Assembly: GCA_043228905.1 (NCBI GenBank)
Contig: JBHGNT010000007.1
Location: 20,274,001 to 20,338,000 of the forward strand
DNA from: Azolla caroliniana
Lineage: Eukaryota > Plantae > Polypodiophyta
Reading direction: 5' to 3'
Length of the DNA: 64,000 bases
This document shows, in pieces, positions 46,921 to 59,456 of this stretch. Numbering within the stretch: the stretch's first letter is position 1; each line of letters opens with the position of its first letter. The position numbers and the translations under genes were made by a program. The notes under the pieces are model-generated. The model saw nothing but the letters and a program-made list of their open reading frames with translations, ran no database searches and was not told where the DNA came from.

Positions 46921-49900
46921 ATGGCTCAAATTAACGACCCGATGTCATCCGCTCAAGCGGAAGGAACTCAAGGGAATCCTCCTGGACAAATGTCCACTGA
47001 GATGTATTTGGCACAAATAACCCAATTCCTTAGTTTCACCGCTCAACAGATGACCGAACTTCGGCAATCTCAAAGTGCTCTTGAGGCACGTGTCATTAGT
47101 CTACAACGTGAGACTAATAGACCTGATGAGCGACAAGGTGAACCATCATTTGTCGTTAAGCCATTTACGGGAGACAAAAAGGAAAGAACCGAAGAAGCAA
47201 TCTGCACATGGCTGGGACGATGGGAGTCTCATTTTGAGCTCTATCCCACGCCAGATAGTACGAAGATTGCATATGTCAGCCGAGAACTCGGGGGTAAGGC
47301 CGCCGCCTGGTGGCGTGGCCTCCGTACTATGGGGAAATTGCCCGATACCTGGACAGATTTTGTCACGGTTTTTAAGGGCCAATTTCTGCAACCTCCCTCT
47401 CGAACCGAGGCAGCACAAGCTTTAATGAACCTCTCTAGCAGGAAATTTTCCTCGCTAGAAGACTATGTTCACCATGCTAGAACCCAAATCCAAAAATCGG
47501 GTCTAGAAGGGGACAATTGGTTGATAGCTTGTTTTGTCAATGGCATCCCCAATTCGGACTATCACTGGATAGTGCACGATAAGGATCCAAAATCCTTCGA
47601 AGAGGCCGTTGAAATAGTTCTTCGCTATCAACGCACTTCGAAGAAGGACCATAACAAACCCAACGAAGCGCCCGGGACTAAGCAGTCGCAATTTGTTGGG
47701 AAACGCAAGACACCCAACGAATTCCTGGATCGCGATTGTAAGCGACAACATCCTTTTTGTGTATTCTGCAAAAAGAAGGGTCATACAAAAGATCAATGTC
47801 GAAAGCTCCAATGGAAAGAGCACGACAACAAAGCTAAAGCTGCAGACCATAAAGGTCAGATTCCTAATGTCCTTCAGGTCTATACACATCATTTAAGTAA
47901 TTGTCAATGTTCTTTCCCTCACTATGTATTGGGTCCCAATGATTTACTACGTGCAAACGGGTATATCAATGGATCTCCCGTACAATTTTTATTTGATTCG
48001 GGAAGCTCACACAATTTTGTGAATGATCGTTTGGTTCAGATATGGGGAATCCAACCCACCGTAAGTGATCACACCTACATGGTGCACTTAGCTGATGGAA
48101 GAGTACAATACATCAACGGGGCGATTCATTCATTAGGAATTTCTATTGATACTTATATAGAGGAAGTAGACTTCCATGTAATGAATCTTTGTACCACCGA
48201 TGTAATACTGGGTTATCCCTGGTTTTATAATAAAAACTCTTCTTTATTTATTGATTGGGTTCGTCATTCCATTTCTTTTGTACTGAACGATTGTACGCAT
48301 TTTATTCAATGTGTAAAAAAACAATCTCTCTCGATTGTTTCCTCGTGTCCATCAATATCCGAGTTGTCTTGTTCTACGTTATTTTATTGTGTACTTGATC
48401 CGGACATTCACGTTTACAATATCGATAATGTCCCGATTCAATTAACATATTTTGAACAACAACAACTTGATGAAATCTTAAATGATTTTCATGATGTTTT
48501 TCCAAGTGAACTACCTGATGGGTTACCTCCTAAACGTAATATAGACCATCGTATAGATATTGTACCTGGTGTTGCACCAATAAGTATACCTCTGTATCGC
48601 TTAAGTCGATCCGAAGAAGATGAGGTATCTAAGCAACTCAAGGACTATTTACGAATGGGCTATATACGTTATAGTAAATCTCCATGGGGTGCACCAGTTC
48701 TCTTGGTTAAAAAGAAAGAGGGCACATGGCGTATGTGTATTAATTACCGACGCTTGAATAAAGTGACGATCAAGAATTCGTATCCATTGCCCCGGGCTGA
48801 CGATTTAATTGACCGTCTCCAGGGAGCTCGGTATTTTACGAAACTTGATCTCCGTACTGGCTACCATCAAATAAGAATAAGTGAGGACGATGTTCCTAAA
48901 ACGGCATTTCGTACACGCTATGGCCATTACGAGTTTTTGGTTATGCCTTTTGGTTTGACCAATGCTCCGGCTACTTTTCAACAAGAAATGAATGACATTT
49001 TCCGAGAACAACTTGGAAAATTTGTCGTTATTTTCTTGGATGATATTTTAGTTTATAGCCGTACATTACAAGAACATGCTAGACATGTCCGCTTTGTTTT
49101 ACAAACATTGCGTGACAAACAGTTTTATGCGAAGATCTCAAAATGTGAGTTCTTCAAGAAATCAATTACTTATCTAGGACATCTCATAACCGAACGAGGA
49201 GTTGAAATTGATCCTTCTCGCATTGAGAAAATCAAGCTTTGGCCCACTCTTCGGAATATTCGAGAAGTTCGATCATTCCTTGGTTTTGTGGGGTTTTTGC
49301 GAAAGTCTCTTCGTAATTACTCCCAATTGACGACGCCGTTTACTGATCTTTTAAAAGGTCAAACGCGTAAGTCTACAAAACCTATTGTGTGGAATGCTAC
49401 ACTAGACCTTGCCTTTAAGGAACTCAAGGACCTGGTTTGCAAGGCTCCTTCACTTCTTTTACCCGATCCTTCAAAACCTTTTGAGGTTGAAACCGATGCA
49501 AGCGATTATGCTATAGGTGTTGTCTTGTATCAAGATGGTAAACCAATAGCATTCGAGAGTAAGAAACTTGATTCTGCTCAATGTCGGTATACCGTTCAAG
49601 AAAAAGAATTATTTGCAGTTATACATGCGCTCAAAACATGGCGCCATTATCTTTATGGAAATCACTTTGTGGTAACTACGGACCACGAGTCCTTGAAATA
49701 TTTTTGTGACCAACAAGACCTGAAAGGTCGTAAGGCACGATGGGCTGATCTCATCCAGGACTTTGATTTTTCCATACGATATCGTAAAGGTTCCATGAAC
49801 ACTGTCGCTGATGCACTAAGTCGCATCCGTGAAGTTAACACGCTTAGCTCCACTGAAATATCATCAGATCTTTATGATCACCTTCGAGGAAAGTATCCTG

Positions 49901-51354
49901 ATGACAGTTATTTCACAAAATACTGGGCAAGAGTTGAGTCTGGAACAGACACCACCACATCCTCGAAGGAATACTTCCACATTGCTAACGGTTTGCTCTA
50001 CCGTAATGGGAAGGTTTGTGTTCCAGATTTACCCGAGGTCAAAAAGAGGATTCTTTTTGAATGCCATGATGCACCCTCAGCAGGGCACCCTGGAATACAT
50101 CGTACACTCGTTCTCATCTCCACTCAATTTTATTGGCCTAAGATGCGTCCTGACATACATAGCTATGTGACTAAATGTCACCAGTGTCAAGTTAACAAAG
50201 CCGAGCGACTTAAAGCCGCAGGACTTTTACATCCCTTGGACATTCCCAATAATAAGTGGGAAAGTATATCCATGGATTTTATTGTTAGCCTTCCTCGCAC
50301 CCAAAAAGGTCATGATGCCATCTGGGTTGTCGTTGATCGACTAACTAAAATGGCCAGATTTATTGCTACTAAAACCACGGTAACAGCTCCTGAATTGGCT
50401 TACCAATTTGTTGACGAATTGTTTCGTTTTTATGGGTTACCGATGGATATCGTGAGTGATCGAGATCCAAAGTTTACTAGTGACTTCTGGACACAAGTCT
50501 TTAAGAAGTTAGAAACTACGTTGAGCATGAGCTCCACGGATCATCCTCAATCAGATGGACAGACAGAACGAGTAAATCAAATTATTGAGGACATGCTTCG
50601 AGCATACGTTGGTGCAAAACCAACAAAATGGGAACGTTATCTCCCAATTTTGGAGTTTGCTTATAACAGCTCCAAGCATACGTCGACGGGATATAGTCCT
50701 TTTATGTTGATGTATGGTTTTCAGCCACGAGCCCCGATTGATGTTAATATACATCATGATGAGTTGCGAAGTACGCAAAACTTTCTTCGGGATATGCAAG
50801 ATATGTTGCATATTGCACGAGATAATATAAAAATAGCTCAAGATAGAGCGCGTTTTTATGCCGATCATCATAGGCAACCTCGTGTATTCAACCCTGGACA
50901 GAAGGTATTTTTACGTGTACCTCACAATTCTAAGACATTGTCTACGGGTAAGTGCGCTAAGTTAGCCCCACGGTTTTGTGGACCTTTTACAGTCCTCAAA
51001 CGCATTGGGTCATCAGCCTATCGTCTCGCTCTTCCCGATGGTGTCGGAATTCATCCAGTCTTTCATGTGAGTCATCTAAAAGAACTTCTAGGTTCTGGCG
51101 ACAATATAGTTACGACTGAAATTCTGGTTACTTCTGAAGAATTAAACCCTAAACCACATGTACCAGAAAGAATTCTCGATGTTAAAACAAAAAAATTACG
51201 TACTAAAGAAATCCGAGAATTCAAAATAAAATGGCTGGATAAATCAATAAAAGATGCCACATGGGAACGCGAAACAACTCTTAGAACTAACTTCCCTAAC
51301 TTTCCATTGCAAGAGTGCAATGTTTTAAAGAGGGGGAGTATGTTACGAGCATGA
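46921..51354 (+). CDS. Gag-Pol polyprotein with C-terminal chromodomain
   Basis: 1477-aa ORF: [74 protein letters not shown]...FKIKW...DATWE. Confidence 0.95.
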   Translation: MAQINDPMSSAQAEGTQGNPPGQMSTEMYLAQITQFLSFTAQQMTELRQSQSALEARVISLQRETNRPDERQGEPSFVVKPFTGDKKERTEEAICTWLGRWESHFELYPTPDSTKIAYVSRELGGKAAAWWRGLRTMGKLPDTWTDFVTVFKGQFLQPPSRTEAAQALMNLSSRKFSSLEDYVHHARTQIQKSGLEGDNWLIACFVNGIPNSDYHWIVHDKDPKSFEEAVEIVLRYQRTSKKDHNKPNEAPGTKQSQFVGKRKTPNEFLDRDCKRQHPFCVFCKKKGHTKDQCRKLQWKEHDNKAKAADHKGQIPNVLQVYTHHLSNCQCSFPHYVLGPNDLLRANGYINGSPVQFLFDSGSSHNFVNDRLVQIWGIQPTVSDHTYMVHLADGRVQYINGAIHSLGISIDTYIEEVDFHVMNLCTTDVILGYPWFYNKNSSLFIDWVRHSISFVLNDCTHFIQCVKKQSLSIVSSCPSISELSCSTLFYCVLDPDIHVYNIDNVPIQLTYFEQQQLDEILNDFHDVFPSELPDGLPPKRNIDHRIDIVPGVAPISIPLYRLSRSEEDEVSKQLKDYLRMGYIRYSKSPWGAPVLLVKKKEGTWRMCINYRRLNKVTIKNSYPLPRADDLIDRLQGARYFTKLDLRTGYHQIRISEDDVPKTAFRTRYGHYEFLVMPFGLTNAPATFQQEMNDIFREQLGKFVVIFLDDILVYSRTLQEHARHVRFVLQTLRDKQFYAKISKCEFFKKSITYLGHLITERGVEIDPSRIEKIKLWPTLRNIREVRSFLGFVGFLRKSLRNYSQLTTPFTDLLKGQTRKSTKPIVWNATLDLAFKELKDLVCKAPSLLLPDPSKPFEVETDASDYAIGVVLYQDGKPIAFESKKLDSAQCRYTVQEKELFAVIHALKTWRHYLYGNHFVVTTDHESLKYFCDQQDLKGRKARWADLIQDFDFSIRYRKGSMNTVADALSRIREVNTLSSTEISSDLYDHLRGKYPDDSYFTKYWARVESGTDTTTSSKEYFHIANGLLYRNGKVCVPDLPEVKKRILFECHDAPSAGHPGIHRTLVLISTQFYWPKMRPDIHSYVTKCHQCQVNKAERLKAAGLLHPLDIPNNKWESISMDFIVSLPRTQKGHDAIWVVVDRLTKMARFIATKTTVTAPELAYQFVDELFRFYGLPMDIVSDRDPKFTSDFWTQVFKKLETTLSMSSTDHPQSDGQTERVNQIIEDMLRAYVGAKPTKWERYLPILEFAYNSSKHTSTGYSPFMLMYGFQPRAPIDVNIHHDELRSTQNFLRDMQDMLHIARDNIKIAQDRARFYADHHRQPRVFNPGQKVFLRVPHNSKTLSTGKCAKLAPRFCGPFTVLKRIGSSAYRLALPDGVGIHPVFHVSHLKELLGSGDNIVTTEILVTSEELNPKPHVPERILDVKTKKLRTKEIREFKIKWLDKSIKDATWERETTLRTNFPNFPLQECNVLKRGSMLRA

Positions 51355-51800
51355 CCATATAATATCCCGTGGTAAGAATTTACCGTAGTATTCTATACAC
51401 GTGGATAAGTGTGAGGGTTAAATGAGAGTGTAAAGAAGGGGAGGATTACTTTTAATCCTCGGGATTGAGACAACCCATTAGGTCAAGTGTGAACTTGCCT
51501 GGGGGCCTTGGGTTTCGCTATAAATAAGAGGCCTAGCTACCCTCATTTGATCATCTTTTGACTACATCGAGACTCTGCTCGTGTGGTGGGTCAACTCTTG
51601 TAGCGAGCGCGCCAGCACCAGGTACGACTCGACGCCACGGCGGTGGTATGGGACGCCGATCGAGGCTCGAGTCCGTCTCGATCCCTTCGCTCGGGGGTGG
51701 TCGGGTGGATCGGCACCCTTCTTTCTCTTTCTCCTTTCTATCTATCTTTTCATTATCCTTATCTTAAGCTTACATTAGTACTATGATCTATAATATAGAC

Positions 51801-54800
51801 CTTCCAACGAAGGCCTCGGTGAATTCATCAATGCTCGGCCCAACCCCTGCATTTCGAATTCTCACTTGATTAACAGGTTGTAGGTCCTGGATGAAGCGTA
51901 AGGTGTCGTTCCTCTTTGGCACAGTGAACCACCGATTCGAGTATGGGGCGCTTGATGGCTCGAGGATACCCATCTCGATCTTTTCCTGAAGTGACTCAAT
52001 CAACTTCGGGATGTGAGCTCTCGGAACCGGGATTGGTTTGATGTTCCACGGAATATGCGGTACCGTAAAGATCGCCATTGGCTCCACAATCTTAGGGTTT
52101 ATGCACCCTATCTCACCCGACGAGAAGGTGAAAGCCCTTTTGTGGCTTTCAATCATCCTTCTAAATCTTTCCTCCTCCCTAGGCAATAGGAAGCCACCCC
52201 TACCAATTCAGAGCTTCTGTCGCGTCTCGTCGGTGAACCGGTGCCCTATGCCTCGTGGGTCCCGCAAGCTAGGATCAGCAGCTACCCCCTTTATCTGATC
52301 CCAATTATTGTTAGGCAATGGGGCAACCACAGGCTTCACCTTCTTGTCCACGGTCTTGTACTTCGTTTGCACCTCGACCGTCCTCGCTTCATCGATCAAC
52401 CGCCCAAGCTCTTCGATGGCATTGTACATGTCAACTGAGTTGACTGGAATTACCTTGTCTTCATTGAGGCCCGAAGCGACTATCCTCTCCATCTCTCCGA
52501 GAGTGTCATCGAATGAGACCGCCTCCATGGCGCCCGCTTATGGTGTCATCTTCCCCTAATAAATTACATTGTTTGAGATACCTTTCGTATCTCTTGGCCC
52601 TAGGCTTATCTCTATCACTTAAACTAGTAATTTTACAAGCTCCATTTTTGGAGAACCAAAATTGTTTCCTATTACATTTAATAGTTTTGCAAGGGTTTGG
52701 GGTCTTAGTTTGCCTCGGGTTATTGCGGCCCCACTCTTTAATAGCCCGCATAAAAAATCCTCTCGGCTCTCCCCTTTGAGGGAGGCTCAATTGCGCTCAT
52801 GGTTGGGCCTCACCGTAAGGAATTGGATCAAATGCTTCCCATCTTGGCTCTTGACCCTCGCATATGCCAACCCATTGTCTAGCACCTTCGTCTCCATGTG
52901 AGCCGCCGTGATGTATAGTTCACTCAAGATGACCGGGTGTGAGGACGTCTCTTGAACGAAGAAATGTTGATCTATTTCTACATCCCCCACCTTCACCTAT
53001 ACATTTGGGTCGCCGCTCTAATCTTCCACGCGTGCTTCGTGTTGATCGGCCACTTTCCCTTTTTATAAAAGTCCATGGACATAAGGTTGATCTTAGAGCC
53101 ATGGTCGATCTATTTCTACGTCCCCCACCTTCACTCGTACATTCGGATCGCCGCTCTAATCTTCCACTCGTGCTTCGTGTTGATCGGCCACTTTCCCTTT
53201 TTATAAAAGTCCATGGACTTAAGGTTGATCTTAGAGCCATGGTCAATCAATGCCACAACCAGCTCTTTTACATCTCTGACCCATACCGGTGTCTCCGTTG
53301 TCGCTCTTGCCCAATGCGGCCTCATCTAGTGACCGTCCGCATAGTCTTCGTCTTCCTCGGGCACCTTAGTTGACAATGCATTTACAATAGCGGGCTTTGC
53401 CACTTCTTGCTCCGTCGAGAGCTACTTCCTCTTCATTAGGTTGATGATGACCTCATGAAATTCTTTCTTGGCAATTCCGAGGACCTCTCGTAGAGTAAAC
53501 TCTATGTGACTATCGAGTATCCTTTCCTCCACTACCTTCTTCAAGTTCGTTGCTTGTTCGATTTCCGAGCAAAGCTTGAAGTTGGGGGGGTTCCCCTTCA
53601 CTTTCCATATTTCATTGCATGCTTGAGACTGGTTCAGCTCTTCCCTTCTTCGTGCACCTCGAGCGTCGTATTTCCTTATGGACCGTCTCCCTCATCATTT
53701 CCTACCTTCTTCTCTTCAACCATTACTTCGTAATTTTGGCAAGCGGCTTCCACTAAGCCCGTCTTTTCTTCCACCCGGTTGCTTCTTGGACCCTTCTTTC
53801 CACTTCGTCCGCTTCTTCTCTTTTGAACTTTCCCCTAAAGAGGCTTCTGAGGATTGATGGCCAAAAGTCAATCTCTTTCTCCTCTTGCCTCCTCACCTCT
53901 TTCCCCACTCGGGTCCCAGTTGACACCGAGTAGTGGACGGTTTCAACATGTCGTGCTTCGGCCTCCTCCATTAGCCTTCTCATGCCCCCTCAACCTTAAT
54001 TCAATCCCAAGGGATGCCTTGTCTCCGTCGAATAGACCTAGGTATTGTTCCAAAGATAGACATTATCCCTTCTTAGGGCCTCTTGAAAGTCTCCACACTC
54101 CTTTCGTAGGTGGTTGGGATGGTTGCACCACATACATCTTTGCACGAACGGGGGATGTCGATCTTGAGTGCCGCCACTCTCTCTCCTAGTGTGCGCTATT
54201 TGGAGATCTCGCACCATCTTTGTGAGCTCTTCTATTGCCGACCCTCCAGACGGTGCTTCAACCACGTTTCTCTCGGGGACGAACCTTGCATTTTCATGCT
54301 CTCTTTCTTGAGGTGCTCTACCACCCCTGGGTTCGTGTGTCTCACTAATGGAGCCTGTGGATGTTTGGCCGCTCAACAGAGACTCGTCGTTCCATTCCCT
54401 TCTCTTATCGAAGCGACCACAAACCCATTTTACCATAGCCCATCATCAGTTTCAAGGAGGAGCCCCACCTTCTCTCAGTCTCGTGCATCAACAGCTTTTA
54501 TGAATAGTAGGACCTTGCTTGTGTCGAGCACCGTCCTATCGAGAGCCAAGAGTCGCGCGAAGCACTTCTCAAATTCTTGTAGAAGTTCCATAGTATTTCT
54601 CCCCTTGCCGGGAAGCTCAACCCACTCCATTAGATCCCTTTTCGAAATTCTGAGTGAGTCATCAAGGCCGTACTTCTCGAGGAGTCTTTCTTCGAACTCC
54701 TCCCAATTGTGACAATCCTCTTGGATCTCAAGTACCGCTGCGTGGATACTCGACGTTACCACTCTAGTGAATCCGGTTAGCTGCCTATCTTCGGGGACGT

Positions 54801-54954
54801 TTCGCATAAGTATTTCGGCCTTATAGGCATCCAAGTAGCTCATGGTATCTCTTCCAATGAACCAACCCATTGTGTTGACCACCGTCTCTATGGCCCGGAC
54901 CAGGCCGGTAATGCCTTCTCGGGCATTTACCCAACGGTCCACCACCATCGCCAT
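51801..54954 (-). pseudogene. gag, protease and RT N-terminus of the large element (includes a ~135-bp tandem duplication at ~52965-53242)
   Basis: CMWCNHPNHLRKEC, ALIDHGSKINL, IFTVPHIPWN, YSNRWFTVPK, LRFIQDLQPVN. Confidence 0.85.
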
Positions 54955-55026
54955 TGCTTCAACGAGTTCTCCTCCTCACATCTTGGATCTCCCTTGCCGC
55001 CCTTTCACGTTGGGTTCACCAATTTA

Positions 55027-56816
55027 TGTCGCGAAGTTTCGTGTGCGTGTGTTACTTGGGCGGGACCACGGGGGTCTTGGACTAGGGAGTACAAAGGGAT
55101 AGAGAAGACCCCAGGTTTGCTTTATGACAATACTACTTCCCAACCCCTTCCTGAGCAAGGGTTCGTTGCCCTTTTTGTGGGGCCAGTGGCTTTCATTGAT
55201 CACGACTTGTCGAGTTTTCGAGATCACCGCACGAGCCAAGTGATCAAACAGGTACAAGCAAAGATGAGCACACAAGATGAACGCACAAGGGGACAAGAAC
55301 ACAAACACGAATGCTCCCTCATCACAAGACGTCGAACGTACAAGGAAAGGGACGAGAATACAAACACGAATGCTCGTACGTCTTTATGAGGAGGAGAGGT
55401 GCATGGGCACGCCCGAACACTCCCTTGTCACAAGACGTCGAACGTACAAGGAAAACACAAAACACATGCACAAATGCTTGTACGCCTTCTTGAGGAGGAG
55501 AGGTGTATGGGCAAGCCTGAACGCTCCCTCGTCACAAGATGACTGAACATACAAGGAAGACACAAACACACGCACAAATGCTCGTACTTCTTTATGAGGA
55601 GGAGAGGTGCATGGGCACGCTCGAAACGCTCCCTCGTCACAAGATAGCCGAACGTACAAGGAAGACACAAACACACACACAAATGCTTGTACGCCTTTAT
55701 GAGGAGGAGAGGTGCATGGCCACGCCCGAAACGCTCCCTCGTCACAAGACGACCGAACATACAAGGAAGACACAAACACATGCACAAATGCTCGTACGCC
55801 TTTATGAGGAGGAGAGGTGCATGGCCACGCCCGAAACGCTCCCTCGTCACAAGACGACCGAACGTACAAGGAAGACACAAACACACGCACAAACGCTCAT
55901 ACGCCTTTATGAGGAGGAGAGGTGTATGGGCACGCCCGAAACGCTCCCTCGTCACAAGACGGCCGAACATACAAGGAAGACACAAACACACGCACAAATG
56001 TTCGTACGCCTTTATGAGGAAGAGAGGTGCATGGGCACGCCCGAAACGCTCCCTCTTCACAAGACAGTCGAACGTACAAGGCGACGAGAACAAAGAAAGA
56101 AAGAAAAACATGAATGATATTGGCTAAATAAATAAATATGTGTTTGATTCCAACGCAAGAGGGCCCTTTACAAAATAGGGTTTGATTACAATGTGGAAAC
56201 TTCTAGTTAACCATAATCTCAACAAAACATAAATACTAAACGCCCTTAGAGACAAGCAAATCTGAACACAGAGCACGAACACGAAGAAGAGAGCACACGG
56301 GCACCACAAAAATGCCAACCCTAACGAACCACGACCACCCGAACGGTGAGCACATAGGCTCGCAATGATGAACGGTGGCGAAGCAACGCCGAACCGAGGC
56401 TCGGGCTCACGAGCACCGTAAACGAGCACTTCGAGTGCCAACGTGAAGAAGACAAGCATGTGGCGATGAGGGGATGAAGGGGTATGAGATGAAGAGAAAT
56501 GGTGAAGATAAAGAGGAAGAGCTCCAAAAGAAAAATGGCAATAGTCAATATGTCTATCCACTAGCCCATTAACTCTCTATTATGTAATATATAATTCTAT
56601 ATCTAGAAATTCATAGCCCGTCTCCTCTCTACTTTTTATCTCTCCTCTCTCTTACTTTTTACACGAGATTTTATACCTCCTTTCCACCCTTTCTTTTCCC
56701 TTTTCTTTTGCATGTGCACAATTAATTGCCTTTGTGTGCACACACATTGCACATGCACATTTTGACCCCCCCCTTTCGTCGGTTTTTCCCACACTCGAGC
56801 ATGCCACATCATGACA
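55027..56816 (-). repeat. 5' LTR of the large element
   Basis: Family-type termini (+ strand TGTCGCG...CATGACA). PBS adjacent at 55004-55021. ACGT follows at 56817. Confidence 0.85.
55271..56085. repeat. 105-bp tandem array (~7 units plus a partial) within the LTR
   Basis: CACAAGA recurs at about 55323, 55429, 55533, 55638, 55743, 55848, 55953 and 56058. Confidence 0.92.
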
Positions 56817-56820
56817 ACGT

Positions 56821-59456
56821 TCTTTTTCTTTTCTGGCTCTCTCGAGATGTGGAAGGAAGGATGTTGGGAAGTCGTGTATATCCTTGACTTCTCCTGGTTT
56901 CTTGCCACAACATGATTTCTAATAGAGATAATAAGGCATTGAGTATTAATACACAACATCTACATATTAAGAAAACTTTAATATAAAGACGAATACTAAC
57001 CCAATCCTTGAATGGAATAAAATACTTATATAACGCCTTATATGAAGACGTCAGAGGGTAATCCTCAGTCAGTTGTTCCCAAGTTAGACATCCAAGTTGT
57101 TTCATCATATCTTTTTGGATCTTCATATACACCTTATGATTGTCAAATCACAAATAGAGATTAGAACTTTATATAAACCCATATTTGTTTCACTTAACTA
57201 TTTGAGAAGACTTACTTGTTGAACTCAGTGACCATCTCTTTGAGGCTCAATTCTTTGGCCACAACCCTTGACAACACAGACACCAAAAGTTGCTCATCCT
57301 TAATGCCTTGCATTGCTCTCTATAGAGACAGCTTCATGTCGCCAGCCGCTTCTTCAATTGTCAGGTGGATTGTCTTCACCGATTGTGATTTTAATTCGAG
57401 CTAGGGGTCTACCTTACATTTCTTTTGCCATTGACCCTTGACCTCCTTATTCGTCCACATTGAAAAAATTTGATCTTGTAGGTCCTAGACTTCTCCATCT
57501 CTAAACACTAGTTGAAACCATGACTCGTACTTGCGAAGACCATCTGACTTAACGTTATCATCAACCACAATGCCGACCTTATGAAGACATTGACATCGTA
57601 GTCTGGGGTGTAGCTTTACACCGAACTTTTGTTTGATGTCCAAGTACTCATGGTGGAAGAACCTTATCCGTTCGATGGATGACATTTTTTGTCAGTAGTC
57701 ATTGTCATTGTTGTGGTCCCATGCCAAGAGTTTTACTTCTTCAGTTGTGAGGCGCACGTTCATTTTGCAATCGGCATACTTGAAGAAGAAAGTGGTTGGG
57801 TGCTCTCTTACAAGTTGTTGTCATGCTTCAGCCAAATGTGATCCACCAATTACAAAGTAATTGTATTGATCATGCTTTCTCACGTCAAAATCCTCAATTG
57901 TGGAACATTCTTCAGGAGTCACCATAACAATAAAGGGTACAACTATTGCATGTGGATTTAATTTCATTTTCTTCTTGAGATTTTCAACATGCATTTGATG
58001 TGGCTCTCTAATCTCAATTGGTCTTCGTCCTGTTTTCACATCTACTGGTGGCCTATGAATGTGTGTTATAGGCACATTGAAGACTTGCCCTTTTCTCACC
58101 AGTTTCCTTTGCATTAACTCTCTACGAATCTTATTCTGCTCAAACAACAAGACAATGGATGCTAGCTCAGCCCCTGGCGTCACCCGAGTTTCGTCGTTTT
58201 CAGTTGAGCTTGATGATTCAGAGTCTGACATCGTTGTCATCTTTTTCTTTCCAAGTCTCGATTGCACCTTAGAGACCTTTTTTGGGGCCTTTACCAGGGA
58301 TGGCGAGGCATCCCTTAGAGTTGTGTGGCCTTGTATATATGGTCTTAATGTTATTATCAGATTTTGTGAAGTCTCAAGAGCGAGTTTAAAAGATTCAGGA
58401 CCACAAGACTCCTTAACAACCCGACCTTCCGAGATGAACATTTTACGGACTCCCTTAGAGCAGTCCACCATTACAATAAGGTTGAGGGAATCAAAATCTT
58501 TATTGTCCATGCATAAGACACGGCCATACATAAAGGGTCTGTCTTTAGCAAGTTGACCGCCCCCCTTCTTTTTTGTGGTATACAACATAACCTTCTTCTT
58601 CGAGTCCATATATTGCATCCACCACTCGTTGTTCGTTAATTCACAGTTAGGAAGGTCCTCACCACCAGTTTCTGCCACCATCTTCTTATGACTGACTTCA
58701 TCATATGGTTGATCTCTTTTATCCTCGTGGAAAAGAAGTTCCTTTCCCTTTTTTAGGTTCTATGCAACTGGTTATTTCTGGTTCTCCACCGATGAACCTT
58801 GATATCTTAGCTTAATTTTCTTAATAGGACAGTCGGAAATGTTCTCAAAGGACCTATTTAATAGTGGAAGTGGGAAAATATATGTCAGTTGGGTCCTGAG
58901 GTTTAGGCTACAATCAAATTTACCATAGATAGACAATTACTAATGGACCTCCATTGTATATTTAAATGTGTCTTAGACTATTCTCCGATAAAAATAGGTT
59001 CTTGAGAATTTTTCTAGGTCTAGCGAACTTAATGTTTCATAAAGAATCAAAGATATGGTTTTTTTTATATTATAAGTCTAAATCATGTGATATTTTCAGG
59101 TATTTTATGCAACTTCAGGTCATATTCCCTAATGGCCCTAATTGCCATCTAAAATTGTGTCTGAATGAGGATATTCCAGTCATGTATCTTATATACACAC
59201 AAACTCGATACAGCGTATCGAGTTTGTGTTTACAGTAGAGCTTTAAACACAAACTCGATATAGTTTGTGTTTAAAAGGTCTACATTGAACACAAACTACA
59301 AGCTTTTAAACAGGATCTCGATCCGCCGTATCGAGTTCCTGTTTGAATCTAGACCTATGTATGTTTGGACATGGTTGGAAAAGATACAAAACATGAAGTG
59401 TCCGTACAGTTAGTTGCATACCTGGACTCCATGCACTCAATCTTCTTTGAAGACAT
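56821..59456 (-). pseudogene. Spliced gene with a ParB/Srx-like domain, probably a transposon accessory gene; truncated by LTR insertion
   Basis: Exons 59456-59422, 58853-57216, 57132-57001 and 56918-56821 join in frame through GT-AG introns. TATAAATA at ~59606. Motifs IHRPP..RRPIEIRE, VVPFIVMV, YFVIGGSH.AEA(R), LTTEEVKLLAWDHNNDNDY(R)QKMSSIERIR. Several nonsense codons. Confidence 0.65.
59197..59345. repeat. Cluster of related palindromes in intron 1
   Basis: ACACAAACTCGATAC-AGC-GTATCGAGTTTGTGT (59197-59229), TTTAAACACAAACT-CGATAT-AGTTTGTGTTTAAA (59242-59275), and AAACAGGATCTCGAT..ATCGAGTTCCTGTTT (~59308-59344). Confidence 0.85.

Larger units (their letters stand above)
44779..51795 (+). mobile_element. 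Intact chromovirus (Ty3/Gypsy)
   Basis: 455-bp LTRs at 44779-45233 and 51341-51795 (2 mismatches seen). TSD TAGAC. PBS TGGTATCAGA at 45236. PPT AAAAGAGGGGGAG. Confidence 0.95.
16995..56816 (-). mobile_element. Large degenerate autonomous-type Ty3/Gypsy element of the tRNA-Trp family, host of four nested insertions
   Basis: 5' LTR 55027-56816, PBS 55004-55021, gag 54954-53753, protease (ALIDHGSKINL) ~53325-52790, RT 52200-51801, 44773-44493 and 40873-40350, RH/INT 40320-39039 and 22496-22085, PPT 22025-22036, 3' LTR ~16995-22024 (left-truncated). The pieces rejoin when the inserts are removed. No chromodomain. Confidence 0.85.

Noticed and set aside
52965-53242. Tandem protease domain as a functional feature
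   Set aside because: A local ~135-bp duplication that breaks the reading frame in an already degenerate copy.
55384-56127. Repeat proteins (ORFs 55428-56111, 55539-56117 and others)
   Set aside because: By-products of a stop-poor 105-bp unit in an LTR, open in several frames on both strands.
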